From: Candidatus Magasanikiibacteriota bacterium
Lineage (GTDB): Bacteria; Patescibacteriota; Patescibacteriia; Magasanikbacterales; UBA922
Direction of reading: 5' to 3'
Assembly (NCBI GenBank): GCA_041674805.1
Contig: JBAYVA010000001.1
Span: 326,612 to 390,611 of the forward strand
DNA: 64,000 nt
In this document: one piece after another, positions 1 to 9,770 of the stretch
Numbering within the stretch: position 1 is the first letter of the stretch
Layout of the letters: every line of letters begins with the position of its first letter
Notes under the pieces: model-generated
Told to the model about the DNA's origin: nothing
Database searches by the model: none
Seen by the model: the letters and a program-made list of their open reading frames with translations, nothing else
Program-made: the position numbers and the translations under genes

Positions 1-570
1 GTCTCTCAAACTAAGTTCATAAACCACTTTTTCAATTTTTTGAGCAGCCATTTTTGCTTGATCAAACTTGTTGCGTAAATAACTAGTCAAATTAAATTCA
101 ATCAATTCTCCTGTAATTTCTTCAGCCATTCTAGCACACTCTTTTACTTTTTTCATATTTTTTTCAGTAGCTGATTTGATAGCATAACGATATAATTCAC
201 CAGGCACATCACAAAGACCACCAACAAAACTACGTTCTGGAATCTTTATCCCCATCACTTTACCAATTTTACCATTAGTCAAAAACTGATAAAACAATGT
301 AGCTTCAACATATTCCTCCAAAGCTGCTTTGAAAGAACCTTCTTCTTCGGTTTCTGTATGCTTAGAATATTTTTTCATAATACCTTCCAACAACTTTTTA
401 CTATTGTCTAATTTTTCGGTTGCTTCTTTCATATCATCTCTATGCATAGCAAAAATAGCTCTTTTGGCATTGTGCAAAGCATCATCAGATGATTTGATAA
501 TATCTCGACGTACTTCTGCATAAACTAATAAATGCTTTTTTAATTCACTCAAATATTTTTTGTCCAACAT
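1..570 (-). CDS. Translin/TRAX family protein (3' end runs off the window)
   Basis: Not in the ORF track. Manual translation from ATG 570 gives MLDKKYLSELKKHLLVYAEVRRDIIKSSDDALHNAKRAIFAMHRDD...ALEEYVEA...GGLCDVPGELYRYAI...LRNKFDQ, with translin-type EEYVEA, D-x-x-GEL and LRxKxD motifs. Confidence 0.8.
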   Translation of the reverse strand, partial: MLDKKYLSELKKHLLVYAEVRRDIIKSSDDALHNAKRAIFAMHRDDMKEATEKLDNSKKLLEGIMKKYSKHTETEEEGSFKAALEEYVEATLFYQFLTNGKIGKVMGIKIPERSFVGGLCDVPGELYRYAIKSATEKNMKKVKECARMAEEITGELIEFNLTSYLRNKFDQAKMAAQKIEKVVYELSLRD

Positions 571-707
571 AGTTTTTTGTCTTAAATAAGAATAAAATTG
601 CCAAATTTTTTAAGCTGAGGATAAATACATCAATAAATACTATAAACCTTAGATATTATGTGCTATAATATGCAAGTAATATTTTTGAGAAAACCACAGG
701 CCGAGAC

Positions 708-736
708 TTGACTTTTGTACAAGAGTATTATATCAT
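708..736 (+). promoter_or_regulatory. sigma70-type promoter of tRNA-Lys
   Basis: TTGACT-17 bp-TATCAT, ending 27 bp upstream of the tRNA. Confidence 0.6.
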
Positions 737-763
737 ATAAAGCGTAATTTTCAACCTAATTAT

Positions 764-836
764 GGTCTGGTAGCTCAGCTGGTAGAGCAGTAGCCTTTTA
801 AGCTAACGGTCGTGGGTTCGAACCCCACCCGGATCA
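764..836 (+). tRNA. tRNA-Lys(UUU)
   Basis: Cloverleaf GGTCTGG/CCGGATC, D-arm GCTC-AGCTGGTA-GAGC, anticodon loop CTTTTAA, T-loop TTCGAAC; no encoded CCA. Confidence 0.95.
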
Positions 837-842
837 CAAAAA

Positions 843-872
843 GAAACATCCTTCAAAAAAGGATGTTTTTTA
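843..872. terminator. Bidirectional intrinsic terminator between tRNA-Lys and greA
   Basis: AAACATCCTT/AAGGATGTTT inverted repeat with flanking A/T tracts. Confidence 0.7.
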
Positions 873-891
873 TATTTAATATTTAAGAGAA

Positions 892-1389
892 TCAATTTAT
901 CTCCAAAATCTCATACTCCACTTCCCTATCCTTCAACTTCAAAACAACTTTGTCTCCAACTATTTTACCCATCAAAATTTGTCCAATCGGTGAAGTGTGA
1001 GAAATAACTCCATTGTCTGGGTCGCTTTCAGATGAACCTAATATTTCATATTGTTTTTCTTTACCATTTACTCTCACTATCACAATACTACCCAAATCTA
1101 CAAAATGTTTATTATCTTTATTATTTATCACTACAGCATTTCGCAATTGATTTTCAATTTTACTAATAGCACTATTCAAGCCACGCAATTTACCTTTGGC
1201 AAGCTGATATTCTACGTTTTCCGAAAAATCACCCAATTCTGCCAATCTGCTTACTTCTGATGCCAAAAAAGGACGTTGTTTCAATAATCTATCCAAATCT
1301 TTTTGCAAAGACAAAAACTTATCTTGACTTAGATAAGGATCATTTGGTTGAAGTGCATATTTGCCTGGTTTGCGGTAAGGTGTTTGCAT
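892..1389 (-). CDS. greA: Transcription elongation factor GreA/GreB family
   Basis: GDFSENVEY motif; C-terminal ISHTSPIGQILMGK. Confidence 0.9.
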   Translation of the reverse strand: MQTPYRKPGKYALQPNDPYLSQDKFLSLQKDLDRLLKQRPFLASEVSRLAELGDFSENVEYQLAKGKLRGLNSAISKIENQLRNAVVINNKDNKHFVDLGSIVIVRVNGKEKQYEILGSSESDPDNGVISHTSPIGQILMGKIVGDKVVLKLKDREVEYEILEIN

Positions 1390-1447
1390 AGTAAGATAAA
1401 AGATAATATAATGAATTATATCTGAAAATTAACATTAAAACAAATAT

Positions 1448-2452
1448 ATGGGAGAAACAACTAATCCAGAGCTACAAGCAACACAAGAAATACAAGAAAG
1501 AAAACAAAAAAAGTGGGAGACACATACAAATTTGTTAGAACAAAGTGATATAGAAAACAGTGCTGTTCCTTTTGTAAAAGATCTAAAAAATGTAAAATTA
1601 TCTGACAAAGAAAAAGCAAGATTTTTACAAATTAATTTAAGAATAAATTTACAAACTGGCTCAGGAATTTTTGGTTATCTAAGTTCTTCTACCGATTATG
1701 ATAGAGAAAAAGAATTGAAATCAGCTACTTTTGTAGCCAGATGTTTTACTCAAAAAGAAGATGCATGTGTCAAACCTGTCGTAGTCCCTATAGACAATTT
1801 TTTCCAATTTATACCTGAAGAAACTTCCCTTGTAATAAAAACAGAATCTTTTCGTGGAATGAATGATATAAAAGATCCAAATCAAGATTACGCTTTAATT
1901 TTAACAGGTTTTACTGATTCAACCATATTTACAGAAGATGTTGTCAAACAAGTACCTACACAAGAAAATGCCGGACTAAAATTTCTTCAAGAGACTGATT
2001 TTGGTAAAAAATTATATAGCTTTGCAAAAGGTTTAAAATTAAAAAAAATCATTGAAAATAATAATGGTGATTTGAAAAAGACTCTAGAATACCTCACAGA
2101 TAATGGACAATTTAGCAAAGAAGATGCTCAACTTTTATTAGTGACAAGTTTACTTTTAGCCGATGCACAAAATTGGCATAATCTTATTTTTAAACAAGAA
2201 AGACAAATACATACTGCATTATACATTGTGGCCCCACAACCTTTTCATAATGCTATGATAAGACTAAATTTAAATTGGGGAAATGGAGAAGATGAATACA
2301 GCTACAGAGCAATTGGCTCACTTGGTGCAACACTTTTAGAAAATGACAAACAAAAAAACCAAATGGGTAGACATTTGAAAGGAGGTCTATCTGCGGAAGA
2401 ATTCGAAAGAAGAATTGGACCTATTTTAGATAGATTTTTGGAAACCACATAA
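1448..2452 (+). CDS. Hypothetical protein (334 aa)
   Basis: Long ORF with no recognisable motif; followed by a hairpin terminator near 2470-2500. Confidence 0.7.
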   Translation: MGETTNPELQATQEIQERKQKKWETHTNLLEQSDIENSAVPFVKDLKNVKLSDKEKARFLQINLRINLQTGSGIFGYLSSSTDYDREKELKSATFVARCFTQKEDACVKPVVVPIDNFFQFIPEETSLVIKTESFRGMNDIKDPNQDYALILTGFTDSTIFTEDVVKQVPTQENAGLKFLQETDFGKKLYSFAKGLKLKKIIENNNGDLKKTLEYLTDNGQFSKEDAQLLLVTSLLLADAQNWHNLIFKQERQIHTALYIVAPQPFHNAMIRLNLNWGNGEDEYSYRAIGSLGATLLENDKQKNQMGRHLKGGLSAEEFERRIGPILDRFLETT

Positions 2453-2592
2453 AAAAACAAATATTATAAAAAACACACTACCATAACGATGGTGTGTTTT
2501 CATATTTTCATAAATCACCCACAATTGCCGATCTACCCAAAATATAGTAAAATACAATAGTTATAAAACTGAATCTGCTTAATAAATATAGT

Positions 2593-4209
2593 GTGCTCAC
2601 CAAAAAACTAGAACAATACTTCAATTTCAAATCTTTTCGACCTGGTCAAGAAGAAATAGTCCAAGCTATTGTAAATGGACAAGATGTCATAGCCCTCATG
2701 CCTACTGGTGGTGGCAAATCTTTGTGCTACCAACTTCCTGCTTTAGCTAGTCAAAAAATGACTATCGTAATCTCCCCTCTTATCGCTCTGATGAAAGATC
2801 AAGTAGACAGTCTAAAAGCACGAGGACTCAATGCTGTACTTATCAACAGCTCATTGGATTTGCAAGAAATAAAAAGTTATCTAAAAGAAATAGCAGATGG
2901 TAAGACACACATTGTTTATCTAGCACCAGAAGGACTAAACAACAAATTACTACAAGATTTACTAAAAAAAATAAAAATAGATATTATTGCTATTGACGAA
3001 GCGCATTGTGTGTCACAATGGGGACATGATTTTCGTCCACAATATAGACTTATCAAAAATTTTATTGATTCTCTGCCAACACGACCTACTGTCACCGCTT
3101 TTACTGCCACAGCCACGCCAGAAGTCCGTGATGATATTATAAAAAATTTAGGATTAATCAAACCTCAAGTTTTCATACGTGGTTTCGATAGACCAAATCT
3201 GAAATTTTTTGTCAGAAAAAATCTAAAGAAAAAAGCTCGTGAACACGAAGTCCTACGACTAATAAAATCTATGCAAGGTTCTGGTATTGTCTATGCCCTT
3301 AGTCGCAAAGAAACCGAAAAAATTGCCAACTTTTTGAATGCCGAAAATATCAAAGCTGTAGCTTATCATGCTGGACTCTTGCCTGACGAAAGAAAAAAAG
3401 TCCAAGAAAAATTCATGGAAAATAGATTCAAAGTCATTGTTGCAACGGTTGCTTTTGGTATGGGCGTGGACAAAGCTGATATTCGCTTTGTTATTCACTC
3501 TGGCATGCCAAATAGTATGGAAGGTTATTATCAAGAAGCTGGACGTGCTGGACGTGATGGTGAAAAAGCTTATTGTATTCTTTTGCACAGTGGAGCTGAT
3601 GTCGGACTTCGTCATTTTTTCATCCGCAAAAGTCGAGAAGAAATGAAAAAACAAGGCAAAAATATAGCAGAGATAGAAAAAATTACCAATGCCCAATATG
3701 ACAAATTGGAAGCTATTACCAATTATGTTGAAAATAATAAATGTCGTAGAGATACAATCCTTAGCTATTTTTCTGATCCTGATGTCATTCGCATCCGTCA
3801 AAATGGTGGTTGTAACAATTGCGATATTTGTCTGAATTTTGAATGGGAAGAAATAAAAACCAAAGATACAAAAAAATCTCCAACTGTTTTTCAAAGTCTT
3901 TCCAATACGGTCCTTGAAAGTGTTCAAATGTACCAAGAAGGAAAAACGCTAGAACAAATTGCCAAAATACGTTCGCTCGGTGTTAATACCATTTTGCAAC
4001 ATTTAATACGCTGGTATGTAGAAGATGATGGCGAACTAAACATTGAAAATTTTGTTACAGTTGACGAAGAAAAACAAATTCTAAAAGCTATGAGTGAAGC
4101 TGAAGATTATACCAAGCTCTCCCCTATCAAAACAAAACTACCAGACAATATTAGTTATGAACAAATTAGATTAGTGATGGCGAAAATTCAGAAAATAAAG
4201 TTGTGGTAA
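2593..4209 (+). CDS. recQ: RecQ family ATP-dependent DNA helicase with C-terminal HTH region
   Basis: MPTGGGKSLCYQLP, DEAHCVSQWGHDFRP, QEAGRAGRDG, and Zn-binding CRR...CNNCDIC. Confidence 0.93.
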   Translation: MLTKKLEQYFNFKSFRPGQEEIVQAIVNGQDVIALMPTGGGKSLCYQLPALASQKMTIVISPLIALMKDQVDSLKARGLNAVLINSSLDLQEIKSYLKEIADGKTHIVYLAPEGLNNKLLQDLLKKIKIDIIAIDEAHCVSQWGHDFRPQYRLIKNFIDSLPTRPTVTAFTATATPEVRDDIIKNLGLIKPQVFIRGFDRPNLKFFVRKNLKKKAREHEVLRLIKSMQGSGIVYALSRKETEKIANFLNAENIKAVAYHAGLLPDERKKVQEKFMENRFKVIVATVAFGMGVDKADIRFVIHSGMPNSMEGYYQEAGRAGRDGEKAYCILLHSGADVGLRHFFIRKSREEMKKQGKNIAEIEKITNAQYDKLEAITNYVENNKCRRDTILSYFSDPDVIRIRQNGGCNNCDICLNFEWEEIKTKDTKKSPTVFQSLSNTVLESVQMYQEGKTLEQIAKIRSLGVNTILQHLIRWYVEDDGELNIENFVTVDEEKQILKAMSEAEDYTKLSPIKTKLPDNISYEQIRLVMAKIQKIKLW

Positions 4210-4304
4210 ATTTCATGAAAACACTAGAACATTAAAACATTAAAACAAACTTAAACACTATTTGCAAAATTGTTTAGTAAAAATGCACCAATCCATCAAA
4301 ATTT

Positions 4305-4345
4305 AAAAAACACCCCGTCTTTCACGAAAAGCGGGGTGTTTTTAT
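4305..4345. terminator. Bidirectional terminator between recQ and ftsX
   Basis: AAAAAACACCCCG...CGGGGTGTTTTT. Confidence 0.75.
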
Positions 4346-4372
4346 GTTTTAATGCTTTAATGTTTTTATGAG

Positions 4373-5284
4373 TTACGTCCTAAGATATCTATTCATTGCA
4401 AAACCACTAGAAATCATAGTGAGTAACAAAACTATCACAAATTCTCCTCCCAAAACAAAAAGTAAATTTTCTGATAAATATGATGACAACAAATTTTGTT
4501 TTTCAAAGATAACACCAATATATGGATCCAAAATTTTCAAAAAGAAATTTACCATCACATAAGTCAAAGATACACTAATAACACTAAATATAAAAGATTC
4601 TATCAAATAAGGGCCTCTAATAAACCAACTTGTAGCCCCTACAAGGCGTTTTATGCCTATTTCAGCACGTTGGGTATATATTGCGACTCTTATAGTATTA
4701 AAGATGATTATAAACGAAATTATCGCAAATAAAATTGTTAGAAAATACGTAAATTTTTGTACATTGGTAGTGATAGAATGAATTCTATTTATAGCCGTCT
4801 GAGTGTCTCCAAAAGTCTTGGCTTCAATAATATTTTCATATTCTGGCACACTCAAAGCTTCTATTATTTTTTCATAATCTTTTGGCTCACGAGTTTTGAT
4901 AATCAAAGTTGGACCCAAAGGATTTTCTGTCAATTCATTCAAAGAATCCAAAACATCTGGATTGTCAGCATAAACTGTTTTGAAATTTTCAAAAACTTCT
5001 TCTCTTGTCATAAAAGTTTCTTTTTCTACTTCTGGAAAAGAACCAACATAATCTCTAATTTCAGTAATTTCTTCTTCGGTTGCTTCTGGATCAAAATAAA
5101 TACTCACGTCTATTTGTTTTTTTACAGCAATGATAGATTCATCGGTCAAAATTTTTACCACCACCAAAGTATTAATAGATAAAAGCATCAAAACCAAAAT
5201 AAGTACTGTCATAATAGACAAACTCATATTGCGTACAATTTCTTGAAAAGAAAATTTTATAATACGAAAAAATCCTGCAAACAT
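4373..5284 (-). CDS. ftsX: Cell division permease FtsX (likely start ATG 5284)
   Basis: NTIRVAIYTQRAEIGIKRLVGATSWFIRGPY motif; directly downstream of ftsE. Confidence 0.9.
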   Translation of the reverse strand: MFAGFFRIIKFSFQEIVRNMSLSIMTVLILVLMLLSINTLVVVKILTDESIIAVKKQIDVSIYFDPEATEEEITEIRDYVGSFPEVEKETFMTREEVFENFKTVYADNPDVLDSLNELTENPLGPTLIIKTREPKDYEKIIEALSVPEYENIIEAKTFGDTQTAINRIHSITTNVQKFTYFLTILFAIISFIIIFNTIRVAIYTQRAEIGIKRLVGATSWFIRGPYLIESFIFSVISVSLTYVMVNFFLKILDPYIGVIFEKQNLLSSYLSENLLFVLGGEFVIVLLLTMISSGFAMNRYLRT

Positions 5285-5288
5285 AAAA

Positions 5289-5969
5289 TTATAATCTATA
5301 TTTACCGTTGTCTTCGTCAGAAATGATTCTACCATCATGAATAGTGACGACACGACGCTTAAGTTGATTTACGACTTCCCTATTGTGAGTAACTAACAAA
5401 ATAGTAGTACCAAATTCATTTATTTTTTTCAAAATATCAATAATTTCTTGAGTATTTATAGAATCAAGATTTCCTGTTGGTTCATCAGCTAATAATATTT
5501 TTGGTCTATGTACAAGAGAACGTGCCATAGCCACACGCTGTTGTTCACCACCAGATAATTGATGAGGATATCTGTCATGTTTATGAAATAAACCTACAAT
5601 ATCTAATACTCTTGGTACAACCTGTTTGATACGGGCGACTTTTTCACCAGCAACTTCTAAAGCAAAAGCAACATTTTCAGCTACAGTCTTCTTTGGTAAA
5701 AGTTTGAAATCTTGAAAAATAACACCTATTTGACGACGCAAAAGTGGAATATCCGCATTAGATATTTTGGTGATATCCCATCCACCAACTTCGATAAAAC
5801 CAGAAGTTGGTCTTTCTTCTGCAATTAATAATTTGACCATGGTAGTTTTTCCTGTACCACTTTGTCCAACAATAGAAACAAACTCTCCAGCTTCAACATG
5901 AAGATCTACACCATTTAGTCCAATACTATCAGCAGAATATTTTTTTGTTACACTTTTTAAAGTAATCAT
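5289..5969 (-). CDS. ftsE: Cell division ATP-binding protein FtsE
   Basis: Walker [45 protein letters not shown]. Confidence 0.93.
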   Translation of the reverse strand: MITLKSVTKKYSADSIGLNGVDLHVEAGEFVSIVGQSGTGKTTMVKLLIAEERPTSGFIEVGGWDITKISNADIPLLRRQIGVIFQDFKLLPKKTVAENVAFALEVAGEKVARIKQVVPRVLDIVGLFHKHDRYPHQLSGGEQQRVAMARSLVHRPKILLADEPTGNLDSINTQEIIDILKKINEFGTTILLVTHNREVVNQLKRRVVTIHDGRIISDEDNGKYRL

Positions 5970-6029
5970 ATGTAAAATATTATAACATAAAAAAAAATTT
6001 TACGCTATAAATTTTTTTGATTAAAATTG

Positions 6030-6102
6030 AGCCACCCACGAGGATCGAACTCGTGACCTATTGTTTACGATACAATTGCTCTACCAGCTGAGCTAGAGTG
6101 GC
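6030..6102 (-). tRNA. tRNA-Thr(CGU)
   Basis: GCCACTC...GGGTGGC-T; anticodon arm ATTGT-ATCGTAA-ACAAT; T-loop TTCGATC. Confidence 0.92.
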
Positions 6103-6183
6103 GTAAAAAAATACAAATTACAATTTATAAAATACTTTTATAATAATTGAAATTTTTTTATTTTTAATTGTAATTTTTTATAG

Positions 6184-6268
6184 TGCGGATAAGAAGATTC
6201 GAACTTCTATTTTTGATTACAAAAAAATTTTTTCTATAATCAACGTAATGCCATTATACTATACCCGC
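6184..6268 (-). ncRNA. tRNA-Gly-like RNA or pseudo-tRNA with a 31-nt extended anticodon arm
   Basis: GCGGGTA TA GTATAATGGCATTAC G [TTGATTATAGAAAA-AAT-TTTTTTGTAATCAA] AAAT AGAAG-TTCGAAT-CTTCT TATCCGC A. Acceptor, D and T arms are intact; there is no canonical anticodon loop. Confidence 0.75.
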
Positions 6269-6301
6269 ATATACTCTAAACTTTTAGAGTATATTTTTAT
6301 T

Positions 6302-7441
6302 CTATTTTTGAGCTTCTGTATCTTCTACCACCTCTTCTGAAACTTCTAGATTTTCCAAATTATCTACATTATCTACTTGTGGATCAGCAAATAATTCTGC
6401 AAAAGGATTATGAATGTTTAAAAGAACTTCAATTTTAGCAGACATCAATTTTTCATTCATAAAAGTACGGAAATTGTTCATATTAGCATCTTCAATTCCA
6501 CTAAATGGGAAAAGAATATGTCTAGCTTTAACTTGTTCTACATCTTCACCTGTTGTTTCATCTTTTTCTACTTTTTTATCAGTAACTTGTAAAATATGAT
6601 AACCAAAAGTAGTTTTTACCAAATCTTCGTTCAACTCACCTTTTTTCAAAGAAAAAGCCACTTCTTCAAATTCAGGTACCATCATACCACGACTAAACCA
6701 ACCTAAATCACCACCTTGTGTAGCAGTACCATCAGTACCATATTCAGCTGCCATTTTTGCAAAATCTTCTCCTTCTTTGATAGCTTTCAAAATTTCCAAA
6801 GCTTGCATACGAACTGTTTCTTCATCATTATTTTCAATAGGATTTTCTTCTACATATTTAGCAGCTAACTTCTTTTCTAATTCTGTTGGATAAACTATTT
6901 TTGAAACAAATTCATCCAAAGTCCAACCATATCTAGCCATTATTTCTGTTTCAGCTTCTTCTTTACTAGCAAAACTTGGCAAAATTTGTTCATCTACAAT
7001 CTTTTGTAAATCTTCATCACTTACAGAAACTTTCATTTCTTTGGCAACTTCTTCTACTAATGTATTTATCAATAAACGACTCAAAACAAAATCTGATTTT
7101 TCTTCTTCTTTTGGAGCTACTTCACCAGAAGTATCTGTAGCATAAAATTTTTCCATTGCTTGAATATTATCAATATAATCACTATATTTTATTTTTTGAT
7201 TATTGATACTAGCTACAGGCATAGCAAAAAAATCAGCTGTTTTCAAAACTACTTCCCCTCTTGATAAATTTTTGACTTGACTAAAAGTTACGGCATAAAA
7301 AATACCGACACCAATAATAAGAGCGGCAACAAAACCACCACCTATAATAATTAAAGGATTTTTTTTATTTGGTGTTTCTACAGATTGGACAGGCTGTGTT
7401 GACAACTCCTCTTGTGGAGTCATTTTTTGTTCTTCTGACAT
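6302..7441 (-). CDS. PrsA/SurA-like parvulin peptidyl-prolyl isomerase, membrane anchored
   Basis: N-terminal TM, SurA-N-like region, GGDLGWFSRGMMVPEFE, TTFGYHIL, VKARHIL. Confidence 0.88.
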   Translation of the reverse strand: MSEEQKMTPQEELSTQPVQSVETPNKKNPLIIIGGGFVAALIIGVGIFYAVTFSQVKNLSRGEVVLKTADFFAMPVASINNQKIKYSDYIDNIQAMEKFYATDTSGEVAPKEEEKSDFVLSRLLINTLVEEVAKEMKVSVSDEDLQKIVDEQILPSFASKEEAETEIMARYGWTLDEFVSKIVYPTELEKKLAAKYVEENPIENNDEETVRMQALEILKAIKEGEDFAKMAAEYGTDGTATQGGDLGWFSRGMMVPEFEEVAFSLKKGELNEDLVKTTFGYHILQVTDKKVEKDETTGEDVEQVKARHILFPFSGIEDANMNNFRTFMNEKLMSAKIEVLLNIHNPFAELFADPQVDNVDNLENLEVSEEVVEDTEAQK

Positions 7442-7458
7442 AAATAAATTTACTTAAA

Positions 7459-7881
7459 TTATTCCTCTTTATTTAGAGGCTTATGAATAAAATAATAAAA
7501 CCATTTTACTGGATTTGCTATAAATTGTCCACTTTCACTATTATCTACATTACCTTCGTTTTTTTCATCCAAAGAATTATTCAAAAATAATACATTTTCA
7601 CCAGGTTTTTTCATATTAAGTTCAATACGAGCTTGATCTTCTACATAAGAGCTACTAGACACATATTTTAATAAATCAATTGTTTTTATTTTCTTTTGCT
7701 TCAAAGAATTTACTTCATTCTGCAAAGATTTTATTTCTTGATTTATTTTGTAAGCCTGATAATAAGCACGTGCATAACCAAGTGCCACAAGTAACGTAAT
7801 ACCAAACAAAATAAACAAAAACAAGCGAGAACTAAAAAAACGCTTTTTCAAACTTTGTTGTTCTTTATTATCAATAGACAT
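7459..7881 (-). CDS. Septum formation initiator family protein (FtsB/DivIC-like)
   Basis: TM followed by coiled coil and YVEDQARIELNMKKPGE. Confidence 0.8.
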   Translation of the reverse strand: MSIDNKEQQSLKKRFFSSRLFLFILFGITLLVALGYARAYYQAYKINQEIKSLQNEVNSLKQKKIKTIDLLKYVSSSSYVEDQARIELNMKKPGENVLFLNNSLDEKNEGNVDNSESGQFIANPVKWFYYFIHKPLNKEE

Positions 7882-7937
7882 GTAATTTGAGATTTATTAC
7901 AATTACATTATATCATAAAAAAGCAAAGTAAAATAGT

Positions 7938-8552
7938 CTACTTTTTCAACATTTTGCTCACAAGATTATCTAAGACTTTTTTTACTCTGTATAAATCTGG
8001 CAATTCCAATTCATACAATTTGTCAATAATAGCATTGGCAACATCACCACGAAAATCTTGACTATATTTAGTCAAATATCTCTCTTGTACTTCATTGATC
8101 TGTTGTTGCAAAACCAATGGTCTTTTGACTTTTGGTAAAACAATTTTTACTTGTCCAGCACCAGTCTGTATGACTACACTGCCAAAACGCAAAATCATCC
8201 CCCAAAAACCAGTTATTTTGCCATGGACATCTTCTATCTTATCATACGTAATTTCTGACACAATTCTTTCAAAAAAACCCCGTTGTTCTATATCTATCAA
8301 ACGATGCGTCGTAATATAAAAAACATTTTTTTTCCAAAGATAATAATTTCTAAAAATAATAAAAAAACCCAAAACAATTAAAAAACCAAAAGCAATACTC
8401 CCATACAGACCTTTATCAAAAAACCAAAACATAAAAAAGAAGGCTAAAGTAATCAACAAAAAACCTACTAAATATTGCCAAATCTTTGTTACACCATACT
8501 GCAAAATTTCATCCAATACTTTTTCTTGTTCTTTTAATTTTATATCAAGCAT
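7938..8552 (-). CDS. Membrane protein with bacterial PH domain
   Basis: Two TMs, then YITTHRLIDIEQRGFF...IEDV...FGSVVIQTGA. Confidence 0.75.
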   Translation of the reverse strand: MLDIKLKEQEKVLDEILQYGVTKIWQYLVGFLLITLAFFFMFWFFDKGLYGSIAFGFLIVLGFFIIFRNYYLWKKNVFYITTHRLIDIEQRGFFERIVSEITYDKIEDVHGKITGFWGMILRFGSVVIQTGAGQVKIVLPKVKRPLVLQQQINEVQERYLTKYSQDFRGDVANAIIDKLYELELPDLYRVKKVLDNLVSKMLKK

Positions 8553-8573
8553 ATTTTTTAATAAAAAATAATT

Positions 8574-9731
8574 TTATTTTTTTATATCTGACAAATATGG
8601 CTTCAATTTTGCCAATTGTCTATGCCAAATAAATTCACTTTCTATCCTTTCTTTGGCATTTTTGGCTAAAGAAAGCGCATATTTTCTATCTTGTAACATC
8701 GCAACGACACTTTCATCCATCGCCAAAGCGTTTTGTCGAATATCAATCACAATACCAGTTTGTGCATGCAAAACAGCTTCTTCTACTCCCCCACTTTTGC
8801 CAGCGACAACAGGCAAACCACAACTTTGTGCTTCCAAAAAAACCAAACCCAAACCTTCTTCACGTCCTTCATCTGGATGCGTAAACAAGACAAACAAATC
8901 AGCCAAATAATAATATTTTTTTATTTCATTATGAGGTACATTACCCAGATAACGCACAACATTTTGCAAAGAAAATTTTTGAATATCTTTCATTACTTCT
9001 TCTTTTTTTGGTCCATCACCAATTATAATCCACACAACATGAGGTTCTTTTTTCAAAATTTCTGGCAAAGCTCTAACTAAATGAGGGAAACCTTTGCCAT
9101 CTTCCATACGAGCCACTGTCAAAATGACTTTTTTACCTTGCAAAGCCAATTTTTCTCGCAAAGATATAATTTCTTTTTCAGGTGGAGGTAAAAAGAAGTC
9201 AGCGTCTGGACAAGGATACAAAACCAAAGATTTGTTTTGAAATTCTGGCAATTTCTCCAAAAATCTTCTTTTCAAAGATTCACTATTGAAAACAACTTGT
9301 TCACTTTTGGCTATTATTTTTTTCAATTTTTTTTCTTTCCACTTTGTTCTAGTTGCATACAAAACATCTGTACCATGAGAAATTATCAAAAAAGGAATCT
9401 TATAAAAAAAGTTTATAAGTTTTCCTATATAACCAACAGGCAAAACATGATTTATCAAAATCACTTCAATTTTTTCTTCTTTGACAATTTTTTTTACTTG
9501 CCAAAATAACTTGAGCCATCTTGGCCAAATAAATTTTGGATACAAAAAAATTTTTCTAATAATTTTGTAACTTCTATTTTTATCAAATTCTTGTGTTAAT
9601 AAAGAATTATCTTTTGGAGCTAAAACTACTGTTTTTTCTGGATTCAAAGCCAAAGCAAATTGATCCACATAAGTGGCAATTCCACCTATTTGTGGCGGAA
9701 ACTCCATAGTAATTATTAATGTTTTTTTCAT
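8574..9731 (-). CDS. Glycosyltransferase family 4
   Basis: FPPQIGGIATY, HGTD, EGLGLVFLEAQSCGLPVV. Confidence 0.9.
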   Translation of the reverse strand: MKKTLIITMEFPPQIGGIATYVDQFALALNPEKTVVLAPKDNSLLTQEFDKNRSYKIIRKIFLYPKFIWPRWLKLFWQVKKIVKEEKIEVILINHVLPVGYIGKLINFFYKIPFLIISHGTDVLYATRTKWKEKKLKKIIAKSEQVVFNSESLKRRFLEKLPEFQNKSLVLYPCPDADFFLPPPEKEIISLREKLALQGKKVILTVARMEDGKGFPHLVRALPEILKKEPHVVWIIIGDGPKKEEVMKDIQKFSLQNVVRYLGNVPHNEIKKYYYLADLFVLFTHPDEGREEGLGLVFLEAQSCGLPVVAGKSGGVEEAVLHAQTGIVIDIRQNALAMDESVVAMLQDRKYALSLAKNAKERIESEFIWHRQLAKLKPYLSDIKK

Positions 9732-9770
9732 AAAATAGATGCTAGTTATTAGGTATTAGGTTTTAGGTAA

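Noticed and set aside
892-894. Alternative genetic code (UGA=Gly)
   Set aside because: TGA terminates greA, hsdM and pilD at the expected lengths, and conserved genes have no in-frame TGA.
3259-3936. Long antisense ORFs (for example 225 aa opposite recQ, 205 aa at 58481)
   Set aside because: They are shadow frames of well-supported genes and have no motifs.
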